A DNA stretch of 17,284 nucleotides, taken from Acidobacteriota bacterium. Lineage in GTDB: Bacteria > Acidobacteriota > UBA4820 > DSQY01. Position numbers and translations under genes: made by a program. The stretch is from assembly GCA_049967655.1 (NCBI GenBank), contig JBMFSH010000046.1:1-17284 (forward strand), given 5' to 3'. This document shows positions 7,263 through 16,575 of the stretch, in pieces. Each line of letters begins with the position of its first letter. Positions within the stretch are counted from its first letter, which is position 1. A model generated the notes under the pieces. It saw nothing but the letters and a program-made list of their open reading frames with translations, had not been told where the DNA came from and made no database searches.

Positions 7263-8605
7263 GAGAGGCCTCCCAGGACGTCCGCCATCCGATCGCAGGC
7301 CGCCTTGCTCACGCGTTCGGTGGCGCAGAGGAGATGGCCGCCCGCCAGCTCGGGATAGTGGCGGGACAGGTCGTAGCCGCTCAGGAGGTCCACCGCAGAG
7401 GCGGCCTCCGAGACCCTCGATCCCTCCGCGGGGAGCTTCACGGCGAACTCGTTGAAGGTGGGAGAGGTAAAGAGGGGCCGCACGCCCTTTTCCGCCAAGC
7501 GGGCCTTGAGGTACTCGGCCTTGCTCAGGTTGTGGATGGCCAGCTCCCGCAGCCCCTTCCGGCCTACCAGCGACAGGTAGATGGTGGCGGCCAGCATGCA
7601 GAGCCCCTCGTTGGTGCAGATGTTGGAGGTGGCCTTTTCGCGACGGATGTGCTGCTCGCGGGTGGTGAGGGTGAGCACGAAGCCCCGCCGGCCGTCGGCG
7701 TCCACGGTCTGGCCGCAGATGCGGCCCGGGAGCTGGCGCATGTGCTGGGTCCGGGTGGTCATGAAGCCGAGGTAGGGACCGCCGTAGCCCAACGGAAGGC
7801 CGAAGGAGCGGGCCTCGCCGCAGACGATGTCGGCGCCCTGGCGCCCGGGAGGCTCCAGGAGGGCCAGGGAGAGGGCCTCGCTCACCACGACCCCCAGCAG
7901 GGGGCGGCGCTCCTGCGGCAGGGCCGAGGCGACGGCTTTCACGTCCTCCACCACGCCGAAAAAGTTAGGCTGGCCCGCGAGGACGGCGCAGACCTCCGCG
8001 TCGAGCAGGCCCCTCAGCGCGCCGAGGTCAAGCCGGCCGTCCGGTCCGAAGGGGATCTCCTCCACCGTGAGGCCGATGTGCCTCAGGTAGGTGCGCAGGA
8101 CCTCGCGGTAGGCGGGGTGGAGCGAGCGCGCCACGAGCACGCGCCGCCCCTTGTGGATGCGGTGGGCCATGAGGGCCGCCTCGGCGGTGGCCGAGCCGCC
8201 GTCGTAGAGGGAGGCGTTGGAGACGTCCATGCCCGTCAGGTCGGCCATCATGGTCTGGAACTCGAAGATGGCCTGGAGCGTCCCCTGTGCCATCTCGGGC
8301 TGGTAGGGGGTGTAGGCCGTGTAGAACTCGCTGCGCAGCAGGAGCTGGTCCACAGCCGCCGGCGCGTAGTGGTCGTAGGCGCCCGCGCCGAGGAAGCAGG
8401 GGCGGCAGGTGGCGGAGCTGTTGCGGATGGAGCGGATCACGAACCGCTCCCGCAGCTCCGGCTCCGGAACCGCTGGGGGCAGGGCGAGCGGCCCCTTGAG
8501 CCGCACCTCGGACGGAATGGAGGCGAAGAGGTCCTCCACCCCCTTCACGCCGGCCGCGGCGAGCAGGACTTGGGCGTCCTCGTCACTGCATGGGAAATAG
8601 CGCAT
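7259..8605 (-). CDS. gcvPA: glycine dehydrogenase (decarboxylating) subunit 1, 448 aa
   Basis: FLGAGAYDH, EFYTAYTPYQPEMAQGTLQAIFEFQT, NASLYDG, REQHIRREKATSNICTN. Confidence 0.97.
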   Translation of the reverse strand: MRYFPCSDEDAQVLLAAAGVKGVEDLFASIPSEVRLKGPLALPPAVPEPELRERFVIRSIRNSSATCRPCFLGAGAYDHYAPAAVDQLLLRSEFYTAYTPYQPEMAQGTLQAIFEFQTMMADLTGMDVSNASLYDGGSATAEAALMAHRIHKGRRVLVARSLHPAYREVLRTYLRHIGLTVEEIPFGPDGRLDLGALRGLLDAEVCAVLAGQPNFFGVVEDVKAVASALPQERRPLLGVVVSEALSLALLEPPGRQGADIVCGEARSFGLPLGYGGPYLGFMTTRTQHMRQLPGRICGQTVDADGRRGFVLTLTTREQHIRREKATSNICTNEGLCMLAATIYLSLVGRKGLRELAIHNLSKAEYLKARLAEKGVRPLFTSPTFNEFAVKLPAEGSRVSEAASAVDLLSGYDLSRHYPELAGGHLLCATERVSKAACDRMADVLGGLS

Positions 8606-8614
8606 GGCAGATCC

Positions 8615-9004
8615 TCAGTGGGTGACTTCGGCGACGTACTTCTCGTAGGCCGCCGCGTCCATGAGCCCGCCGAGGGCGGCCGGATCGGAGAGGGTCATCT
8701 TCAGGATCCAGCCCTTGCCGTAGGGGTCCTGGTTCAGAAGCTCCGGGTGGTCGGCGAGTTCTGGGTTCACCTCGACCACCGCGCCGGAGAGGGGCGCGTT
8801 CACCTCGGAGACCGCTTTCACGCTCTCCACGCTGCCCATGGGGCTGCCCGCGCTAAGCGAGGTACCGGGCGCGGGCGCCTCCACGAAAACGATGTCCCCC
8901 AGCTCGTGCTGGGCGAAGTCCGTAATGCCCACCGTTCCTTTGTTGCCCTCCACCCGGATCCACTCGTGGGTCTGGGTGTATTTCAGGTCGCTCGGATTGC
9001 TCAT
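8615..9004 (-). CDS. gcvH: glycine cleavage system H protein, 129 aa
   Basis: Start MSNPSDLKYTQTHEW with SD GGAGGG; GITDFAQHELGDIVFVE, lipoyl-lysine VESVKAVSE, NQDPYGKGW. Confidence 0.97.
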   Translation of the reverse strand: MSNPSDLKYTQTHEWIRVEGNKGTVGITDFAQHELGDIVFVEAPAPGTSLSAGSPMGSVESVKAVSEVNAPLSGAVVEVNPELADHPELLNQDPYGKGWILKMTLSDPAALGGLMDAAAYEKYVAEVTH

Positions 9005-9102
9005 GGGTCCCTCCGGTCGCTTGGATTGCGGCGCACCGGGCGCCGCACTGGGTTTCCTCTCGGTGATGCCGGCGAGCGGGCACGGCCGGCCGGCGTCCCT
9101 CC

Positions 9103-10209
<1,107 letters not shown>

Positions 10210-10230
10210 GGTCCCCTCCGTAAGCACCCC

Positions 10231-10259
10231 ATCTTAGGACCGAACCGGAGGAGGGTCAA
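10231..10259 (-). promoter_or_regulatory. sigma70-type promoter of the gcv operon
   Basis: TTGACC (10259-10254), 17-nt spacer, TAAGAT (10236-10231), 21 nt from the gcvT ATG. Confidence 0.75.
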
Positions 10260-10283
10260 ACGGAGTTCGAAAAGAAAAAGATC

Positions 10284-10309
10284 ACCACAGAGACGCAGAG
10301 GCACAGAGG
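10284..10309 (+). repeat. 26-bp octamer-repeat element, copy 2 (ACCACAGAGACGCAGAGGCACAGAGG)
   Basis: 24/26 identical to 4850..4875. Confidence 0.8.
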
Positions 10310-10319
10310 GGAAAGAGGC

Positions 10320-10355
10320 AAAAAATAGTAAGAGCCGGTGGCTTCGTCCATCGGC
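10320..10355 (-). terminator. possible intrinsic terminator after mqnC
   Basis: Imperfect stem GCCGATGG-acgaag-CCACCGGC followed by TCTTACTATTTTTT on the minus strand. Confidence 0.4.
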
Positions 10356-10371
10356 GCACCGATCTCAGCAC

Positions 10372-11466
10372 TCACTCCTCGGCGGGCTCGTAGAGGGTGC
10401 GCCGCTTCTTGGGGATGAAGCCCGCGTCGGCGATGAGGCGCCGCAGCTCCTCTTCATTGGTGCTGTTGCGGCAGCCGGCGCTGGCCACCACGTTCTCCTC
10501 GATCATGATGGAGCCCATGTCGTTGGCACCGAAGTGGAGCGAAACCTGTCCCACCTTGAGCCCCTGGGTGACCCAGCTCGCCTGGATGTTGTCCACGTTG
10601 TCCAGGTAGATCCTCGACAGGGCCAGCACGCGCAGGTAGTCCACGCCGGTGGCGGGCGCATCCTGCAGGGGGGTCGTCGCCCCCGGCTGGAAGGTCCAGG
10701 GGATGAAGGCCGTGAAGCCGCCCGTCTCGTCCTGGAGCTCCCGCACGTGTTGGAGGTGGATCAAGATGTCCTGGGAGGATTCTATGGAGCCGAACATCAT
10801 GGTCGCCGTGGTCCTGAGCTTCTGCCGGTGAGCCTCCCGGTGCACGGCGATCCACTCCGTGACCGTGGCCTTGCCCCTGGCCATCCGCTGGCGCACGCCC
10901 TCCGAGAGGATCTCGGCGCCGCCGCCGGGGATGCTCCCGAGCCCCACCGCCTTCAGGCGCGCGATGACCTCGGCCACGGGCATCTTATAGAGCTTGGAGA
11001 AGAAGGTGATCTCCGGGGCCGAGAAGCCGTGGATGTGGACCTTCGGGAAGCGGGCCTTCATGGCACCCAGCATCTCCTCGTAGAAGCCGAAGGGCAGCTC
11101 GGGGTTGTGGCCGCCCTGCAGGAGGATGCCGGTGCCTCCGAGGTCCACCGTCTCCTGGATCTTCTGGAGGAGCGTCTCAATCGTGTGGACGTAGCCCTCC
11201 GCGTCGCCGGGCCGCCGGTAGAAAGCGCAGAAGGTGCAGTTCGCCACGCAGACGTTGGTGTAGTTGATGTTGCGGTCCACGATGTAGGTGGCCACGTTGT
11301 CGGGGTGTTTGCGCGCCCGGACGGCGTCGGCCGCCTGGGCGAGCTCTAGGAAGGGGGCCTGCTCCAGGAGCAGCAGCCCCTCCTCGGGGGTCAGTCGGCC
11401 TCCGTCGAATACCTTATCGAGAACCGCCGGCACCTCCATCGGGTGCGGCGCAGCCGAGGCGTTCAT
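10372..11466 (-). CDS. mqnC: cyclic dehypoxanthinyl futalosine synthase (radical SAM), 364 aa
   Basis: DRNINYTNVCVANCTFCAF (CxxxCxxC), LLQGGHNP, SIPGGGAEIL, TATMMFG, FIPWTFQP, QASWVTQG, IEENVVASAG; adjacent to mqnA; SD AAGGAGG. Confidence 0.93.
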   Translation of the reverse strand: MNASAAPHPMEVPAVLDKVFDGGRLTPEEGLLLLEQAPFLELAQAADAVRARKHPDNVATYIVDRNINYTNVCVANCTFCAFYRRPGDAEGYVHTIETLLQKIQETVDLGGTGILLQGGHNPELPFGFYEEMLGAMKARFPKVHIHGFSAPEITFFSKLYKMPVAEVIARLKAVGLGSIPGGGAEILSEGVRQRMARGKATVTEWIAVHREAHRQKLRTTATMMFGSIESSQDILIHLQHVRELQDETGGFTAFIPWTFQPGATTPLQDAPATGVDYLRVLALSRIYLDNVDNIQASWVTQGLKVGQVSLHFGANDMGSIMIEENVVASAGCRNSTNEEELRRLIADAGFIPKKRRTLYEPAEE

Positions 11467-12223
11467 CGGGTATCTCCTCCTTCAGGGCCAGGGCGATGAA
11501 CCGGCGGAGCCCCACCACCTCGGCTCCGTCGAGCGGGTAGCTTAGGTGTTCGGTGAGGTAGCGCCGGAGGGTTTCGGGGGGAAGGTCCAAGGTCCGCGCA
11601 AACTCGGCCACGATCTCCTCCAGATGCTCCATGCCGTAAGCGTGGGACCTCGCCAGCACGGTCCTGGTCTCGGGGGTGCAGGCGCTCTTCCGTCCCGCCC
11701 AGACGGCGAAGACGAAGGGGAGGCCCGTCTTCCGGCTCCAGAGCTCGGCCAGGTCGTAGCGGTGCAGCCCCTTCAGGGCGCGGGGCAGGGTGAGGGCCGG
11801 GTCGCCGATCACCAGGGCGGCCTCGTCGGGGCCGAGGGCGGCTGGCGGTTCGGCGACCTCTCGGTAGATGGGCTCCTGGGATGCGAGATCGGCCAGGAGG
11901 AGGCGCGTGAGCATCTGGGACGTCCTGCTGGCGGCGTGGAGATAGACCGTTCGAACGCCCGCCGCCTCGCCCCCGCAGAGAAGGAGCACGGAGGTGACCT
12001 CCCGGCGGGCGCCCACGCACAACGGCGCGGCGAGCACCAGGTCGCGCGAGCGGGCGAACTCGATGGAGGGAATGAGCCCCAGATCCGCCTCCCCCTTAAG
12101 GACCCGCTCGGCGCAGCGCGAGGGAAGGTCGAAGGAGACCTCCCACTCCGGCGGATGGAGGCCGGCCTTCAGCCCCCAGTAGAGCGGAGCGGCGTTCAGG
12201 AAGCCCACGGCTGAGACCTTCAC
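11414..12223 (-). CDS. mqnA: chorismate dehydratase, MqnA/MqnD/SBP family, 269 aa
   Basis: GTG start overlapping the cinA TGA. VGFLNAAPL, LIPSIE, VTSVLL, SRTS, LVIGDPAL, YDLAELW..TGLPFVFAVW. Confidence 0.9.
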   Translation of the reverse strand: MKVSAVGFLNAAPLYWGLKAGLHPPEWEVSFDLPSRCAERVLKGEADLGLIPSIEFARSRDLVLAAPLCVGARREVTSVLLLCGGEAAGVRTVYLHAASRTSQMLTRLLLADLASQEPIYREVAEPPAALGPDEAALVIGDPALTLPRALKGLHRYDLAELWSRKTGLPFVFAVWAGRKSACTPETRTVLARSHAYGMEHLEEIVAEFARTLDLPPETLRRYLTEHLSYPLDGAEVVGLRRFIALALKEEIPDERLGCAAPDGGAGGSR

Positions 12224-13467
12224 GGCGCTGCCTCTCCGATGTGCGACCAAAGGAGGTAGAGGGCGTAGTTCGCGCTCAGCTCCATCACCGATGCCCTGTC
12301 CAGCGGGAAGAAGAGCTTGCGCGCCCACTCCCCCCCGGGTGTGCCGGCGGCCACCCAGACCGTGCCCTCCGGCTTCTCGGGCGAACCCCCCGTGGGGCCG
12401 GCCACGCCGGTGGTGGCTACGGCGCAGGAGGCGTTGAAGCGGGCCCTGGCCCCCCGCACCATGGCCCGAGCCGTCTCCTCGCTCACGGCACCATGCAGAT
12501 CCAGGATCCCCGGAGGAACCCCCAGCAGGTCAATCTTGGCCTCGTTGGCGTAGGCCACGACGCCCCCCTGGTAGTAACGCGAGGCCCCCGGCACGGCCAC
12601 GATCTTCCGGCTCACCGCGCCCCCCGTGAGGGACTCGGCGCAGGCCAGGCTCCAGCCCTTGGCCAGCAGACGCTCTCCCAGGGACTCGGCCAGGCTCTCG
12701 CCCTCCAGGCTCACGAGGTGGCGGCCGTAGCCCTCGCGGAGAGCCTGCCGCACCCGTGTCTCCAGCGCGGGTAGTTTTTCGGCCGGCGGAGAGGTGAGGG
12801 TGAAGGTGATGGCGAGGACGCCCAGGGAGGGCAGGATGGAGACGGCCACGCCGGGCAGGCCGTACCAGGGCTTGAGCACCGGCTCCGCCATGGACTCCGC
12901 GAGTCCAGCCACGGTGGCCCTCACCACCACGACCTCAGGACGCCGAGGGTAAAGGGTCTTCAACCTTGGGATGACGCGGCTCTCCAGCATCTCCTTAAAT
13001 TCGGTGGGCACGCCGGGTAGCAGCACCAGGTCGCCTCCCCCCGCTTTGAGCCAGGAGCCGCAGGCCAGCCCCTTCCCATTCGGCACCGACTCGGCGCCGT
13101 CCACGACGAGCGCCTGCCTACGGTTCACCTCGGTGAGGGGGTAACCTCGGGACTCTAAGCGTCGGCGGATCTCCTCGATCCATTCGGGATCCTCGTGGAT
13201 GCCCACCCCGAGCAGGCGCGCGGCCCCCTCGCGCGTCAGGTCGTCGCCCGTGGGGCCCAATCCGCCGGAGGTGATCACCACGTCACAGGTCGCCAGCGCC
13301 GCCCGCATGGCCGCCTCGATGGCCTCCACGCGGTCCTCCACCCGCGCGAGCAGGACGACGGGGATTCCGGCGGCGGCCAGGCGCGCGTGCGCCGCCGGGC
13401 CGTTGGCATCCGGCCTGGAGGGATCGGTCATCTCTGATCCGATGAGCAGCAGGGCGGCCTTAGCCAT
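12220..13467 (-). CDS. cinA: CinA family protein (MocF-like domain + NMN deamidase PncC domain), 415 aa
   Basis: IGSE, SGGLGPTGDDLTRE, LPGVPTE; C-terminal AESLTGG, PGASRYY, YANEAK, GAVSEETA, TGVAGPTGGSPEKPEGTV. ATG 13467 has SD GGAGG. Confidence 0.9.
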   Translation of the reverse strand: MAKAALLLIGSEMTDPSRPDANGPAAHARLAAAGIPVVLLARVEDRVEAIEAAMRAALATCDVVITSGGLGPTGDDLTREGAARLLGVGIHEDPEWIEEIRRRLESRGYPLTEVNRRQALVVDGAESVPNGKGLACGSWLKAGGGDLVLLPGVPTEFKEMLESRVIPRLKTLYPRRPEVVVVRATVAGLAESMAEPVLKPWYGLPGVAVSILPSLGVLAITFTLTSPPAEKLPALETRVRQALREGYGRHLVSLEGESLAESLGERLLAKGWSLACAESLTGGAVSRKIVAVPGASRYYQGGVVAYANEAKIDLLGVPPGILDLHGAVSEETARAMVRGARARFNASCAVATTGVAGPTGGSPEKPEGTVWVAAGTPGGEWARKLFFPLDRASVMELSANYALYLLWSHIGEAAP

Positions 13468-14167
13468 GGCCTCCGCCTCCTTCCTCCGCGACGCCGCTGG
13501 CCGGAGCGACGGCAAAGACGCCGAGGTAGTCGTCGCGACCCTCCGCTTGCAAAAGCCTCGCGATGGCCTCCATGGAGCGCCGGGAGATGGTTTCCGGGAG
13601 CATGTCCCCAGGGAAGGCGATGGGTTCGCCCACGAGCAGCGTCACCCGGCCGGGCCTGGGATAACGCCTCCCCGGCGGATAGGTTTCCCGGGTACCCACG
13701 ATGGCCACCGGCACCACGGGCACCCCGGCCCGGGAGGCGAAGACGCCGAGGCCGGGCTGGGGATCGAGGAGGCCGCCGGTGTCCGACCTCCGGCCCTCCG
13801 GGAAAATGGCCACGGCCCGGCCGTGCTTGAGAAGGCCCAGGATCCTCCGCACCGCCGAGAGCTGGAAGGCCGCGCCGGCCTTCACCGGGACCACGTCCAT
13901 GAGGCGCGAGAAGGTCTTGACGACGGGTTTCTCGAACTGGTCCTCCGCCATGACGAACCAGAGGCGCCTGTGAAGGAAGCACCCCAAGATGAGCGGGTCC
14001 GCGAAGGAGAAGTGGTTCGCCGCCAGGAGGAAGGCGCCCCGCGGCGGGACCCGCTCGCCCCCCTTCACCCTGACGCGGAAATAGAGCCTGAAGAGCGGCC
14101 AGAAGAAGGCCTTCGCACCGACGTATGAAAGGGCCTTCACTGCGGATTTCCAATCTCGCCCCGCCAT
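13460..14167 (-). CDS. plsC: 1-acyl-sn-glycerol-3-phosphate acyltransferase family (PlsC-like), 235 aa
   Basis: NHFSFAD (HxxxxD), IFPEGRRS, VPVVPVAI. ATG 14167 has SD GGAGGAG. Confidence 0.88.
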   Translation of the reverse strand: MAGRDWKSAVKALSYVGAKAFFWPLFRLYFRVRVKGGERVPPRGAFLLAANHFSFADPLILGCFLHRRLWFVMAEDQFEKPVVKTFSRLMDVVPVKAGAAFQLSAVRRILGLLKHGRAVAIFPEGRRSDTGGLLDPQPGLGVFASRAGVPVVPVAIVGTRETYPPGRRYPRPGRVTLLVGEPIAFPGDMLPETISRRSMEAIARLLQAEGRDDYLGVFAVAPASGVAEEGGGGHG

Positions 14168-14184
14168 GGCTCCTCCGGCCCAGT

Positions 14185-14214
14185 AGCGTACCTCTTGCGA
14201 CCCGGCTGGGACAA
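14185..14214 (-). promoter_or_regulatory. possible sigma70 promoter for plsC-cinA-mqnA-mqnC
   Basis: TTGTCC (14214-14209), 18-nt spacer, TACGCT (14190-14185). Confidence 0.5.
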
Positions 14215-14245
14215 GGGCGCGAAGCGCACTCGGTGGCAGAGCTGG

Positions 14246-14362
14246 AGGGGCAGGGGACGGGGGACAGGGGACACCGCCCGTTGGTTTCGGCATCTCCTCA
14301 TCTCCTCATCACGTCGTTTCATGGGGACAAGGGACAGGGGACAGGAGGATGAGGGATGAGAG
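14246..14362. repeat. cluster of short tandem repeats: GGGGACA-type heptamers (two blocks), CATCTCCT octamers, GGATGAG heptamers
   Basis: caggggacgggggacaggggaca; catctcctcatctcctcatc; ggggacaagggacaggggaca; ggatgagggatgag. Confidence 0.75.
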
Positions 14363-14388
14363 AGAGCGGGGATTTGATGAATGGCTCT

Positions 14389-14458
14389 GTAGGAGGCCTC
14401 TCCCGAGGCCGATGCGCCGTCCCCTCTCCACCCGTCGCGCTCTGGAGAGCGCACCTAC
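14389..14458. repeat. GTAG-family REP doublet (REPIN/BIME-like)
   Basis: GTAGGAGGCCTCTCCCGAGGCCGAT (+, 14389-14413) and GTAGGTGCGCTCTCCAGAGCGCGAC (-, 14458-14434), inverted, 20 nt apart. Confidence 0.75.
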
Positions 14459-14537
14459 GGGCATCACGGGCGAGCAGGGGGCGGTTTTTATGCCTTCCGA
14501 ACCTTTTTCCTCGCCTCCACTCCTCCTCCACTCCTCC

Positions 14538-14566
14538 TGGACAGCCCACCCCCGCACCTCTACAAT
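14538..14566 (+). promoter_or_regulatory. sigma70-type promoter for asnB
   Basis: TGGACA, 17-nt spacer, TACAAT, followed by SD GGGGAGG and ATG 14583. Confidence 0.7.
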
Positions 14567-14582
14567 GCTCGGGGAGGCGCCC

Positions 14583-16457
14583 ATGTGCGGTATCTGCGGG
14601 GAGGTGGGATTCGGCGAGCCTTCCCTCGTGCGCCCCGGTACCACGGAGAGGATGGCCGAGCGGATCGCCCACCGCGGCCCTGACGGCGAGGGCTTCCTGC
14701 ACGAGGCGGGGGTGTCGCTGGGGCACCGCAGGCTCTCCATCATCGATCTCACACCCGCCGCCGCCCAGCCCATGGTCAGCCCCGACGGCCGCTACGTCAT
14801 CGTCTACAACGGCGAGCTCTACAACCATCCGGAGCTGCGCGCCGATCTGGAGCGCCTCGGGGAGACCTTCTCCACGCGGTCCGACACGGAGGTTCTTCTC
14901 AGGGCCCTCATGGTGTGGGGGATGGACGCGCTGAACCGGTTCAACGGCATGTGGGCCTTCGCCCTGTGGGACCGCTCGGAACGGAAGCTCCTGCTCTGCC
15001 GTGACCGCCTCGGCATCAAACCCCTCTACTGGTCGAGGGTCAGAGACGGGCTGGTCTTCGCCTCCGAGATCCCGCCCCTCCTTCAGCACCCCGAGGTTAG
15101 CCGGGAGCTGAACCCCCGGGCCCTGGCCGAGCAGGTGGCCTGCCGCTACGTCCTGGCCCCCCGTACCCTGCTGAAATCGGTGCAGAAGCTCCCGCCCGGC
15201 CACCTCCTCACGGCTTCGGCGCAGGGGATCCGCATCTCCCCCTACTGGCGCCTGCCCATCGGCGACCGGATCCACAAAATGGGGGAGACGGAGGCGCTGG
15301 AGCGGTTCCGCGAACTCTTCGAGGCCTCGGTGCGGCGGCGCCTCATCTCCGACGTCCCCGTGGGGCTCCTGCTGTCGGGCGGCGTGGACTCCTCGGCCCT
15401 GGCGGCGGCCCTGCGTCACTGCGGCCAGGGGCGCATGGCCACCTTCACCGTGGCCTTCGAGGAGCAGGGCCACGACGAAAGGAGCTGGGCCAAGGCCGTG
15501 GCCGAGCAGCTCGAAACGGACCACCACGAGGTCACGATCACGCCGGAGCGTTTCGCGGACTCCCTTGGCACCGTGCTCTCTCACCTGGACGACCCCGTGG
15601 CCGACGTGGCCGTGATCCCTCTCTACCACGTGTGCGGCCTGGCCTCATCCAGCGTGAAGGTGCTCCTTTCGGGACAGGGGGCCGACGAGGTCCTCGGGGG
15701 CTATCACCTGGACCGCGTACTCCGGCAGATCCGATCCATCGTCCTGCTCAGGGGGCTTCCCGGGGCGCGGGCGGCGGCGGCGGCCATCGCCAGACGGGAT
15801 CACAAGCGGGCGCAGCTAGCCCGCTGGGAAGAGATCCGGCGCGCCGTGCCCGGCCAGCTGCCCGGTAAGATCCGGTACGACCTCACCATGCCCCTGCCTC
15901 CGTCCACCATGAACCGGCTCCTGAAGGACTGCATGCCGCCGCCCTACGACCGGACCCTTGACGCTTTTTACACCGAGGTGCCCAGCCACAGAGGCCCCCT
16001 GGACGCCATCCTCTCGACCCTTTGCAAGGGCTGGCTCCCGGATAACCTGCTCAACCACTCCGACCGCATGTCCATGGCCCATGGCCTGGAGATGCGCGTC
16101 CCCTTCCTCGACGTCGATTTGCTCACCTTCTGCTTCCATCTGCCCCAGCGCCTCAAGATCAACCGAGGGATCACCAAGTACCTGCTCAAGCGGTATGCCG
16201 TCAAGGCGGGGATCCCCCACGGCGTGGCCTTCCGCAGGAAGCTCGGTTTCCCCGTACCGTGGAACAGATGGGTCCGCGGCCCCCTGAAGGGGTTTCTGGA
16301 GGAGACCCTGGACGGCGCCGACTGGATGGCCGACTACTTCCATACCGCCGAGGTGCGCCGAGTCCTGCAGGAGCACCTCGACGGGAAGGACCGTGGCCTG
16401 CTCCTGTGGAACCTCGTGGTCCTTGCCCACTGGGGTAGGCGCATGCTCGCTGCCTGA
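14583..16457 (+). CDS. asnB: asparagine synthase (glutamine-hydrolysing) family amidotransferase, 624 aa
   Basis: Ntn start MCGICG, HRGPD, HRRLSIIDL, YNGELYNH, RDRLGIKPLY; PP-loop LLSGGVDSS, SGQGADE, DRMSMAHGLEMRVPFLD, KLGFPVP. Confidence 0.92.
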   Translation: MCGICGEVGFGEPSLVRPGTTERMAERIAHRGPDGEGFLHEAGVSLGHRRLSIIDLTPAAAQPMVSPDGRYVIVYNGELYNHPELRADLERLGETFSTRSDTEVLLRALMVWGMDALNRFNGMWAFALWDRSERKLLLCRDRLGIKPLYWSRVRDGLVFASEIPPLLQHPEVSRELNPRALAEQVACRYVLAPRTLLKSVQKLPPGHLLTASAQGIRISPYWRLPIGDRIHKMGETEALERFRELFEASVRRRLISDVPVGLLLSGGVDSSALAAALRHCGQGRMATFTVAFEEQGHDERSWAKAVAEQLETDHHEVTITPERFADSLGTVLSHLDDPVADVAVIPLYHVCGLASSSVKVLLSGQGADEVLGGYHLDRVLRQIRSIVLLRGLPGARAAAAAIARRDHKRAQLARWEEIRRAVPGQLPGKIRYDLTMPLPPSTMNRLLKDCMPPPYDRTLDAFYTEVPSHRGPLDAILSTLCKGWLPDNLLNHSDRMSMAHGLEMRVPFLDVDLLTFCFHLPQRLKINRGITKYLLKRYAVKAGIPHGVAFRRKLGFPVPWNRWVRGPLKGFLEETLDGADWMADYFHTAEVRRVLQEHLDGKDRGLLLWNLVVLAHWGRRMLAA

Positions 16458-16515
16458 GGCCGGTCCAAGCCTTCGGCCAGAGCGTTCGCCTCCAGATATG
16501 GCGGGCAGACGGCGG

Positions 16516-16551
16516 AAAAGGGGCGGCGCCCGAGAGGCACCGCCCCTTTTT
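16516..16551. terminator. bidirectional intrinsic terminator
   Basis: AAAA-GGGGCGGCGCC-cgaga-GGCACCGCCCC-TTTTT between convergent genes. Confidence 0.85.
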
Positions 16552-16575
16552 CTTGGTGCGACCCGGAGAAAAAAC

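Noticed and set aside
10372..11466. Alternative call as CofH or MqnE
   Set aside because: DRNINYTN, QASWVTQG, IEENVV and adjacency to mqnA favour MqnC.
14168..14293. Pro-rich N-terminal extension of PlsC
   Set aside because: Translation of heptamer repeats upstream of the predicted promoter; ATG 14167 has the strong SD.
14246..14540. CRISPR-like array
   Set aside because: Units are 7-11 nt, adjacent, without unique spacers; no cas genes.
14349..14582. 78-aa N-terminal extension of AsnB
   Set aside because: Ntn amidotransferases need Cys at position 2; promoter and SD point to ATG 14583, and the extension runs through repeats.
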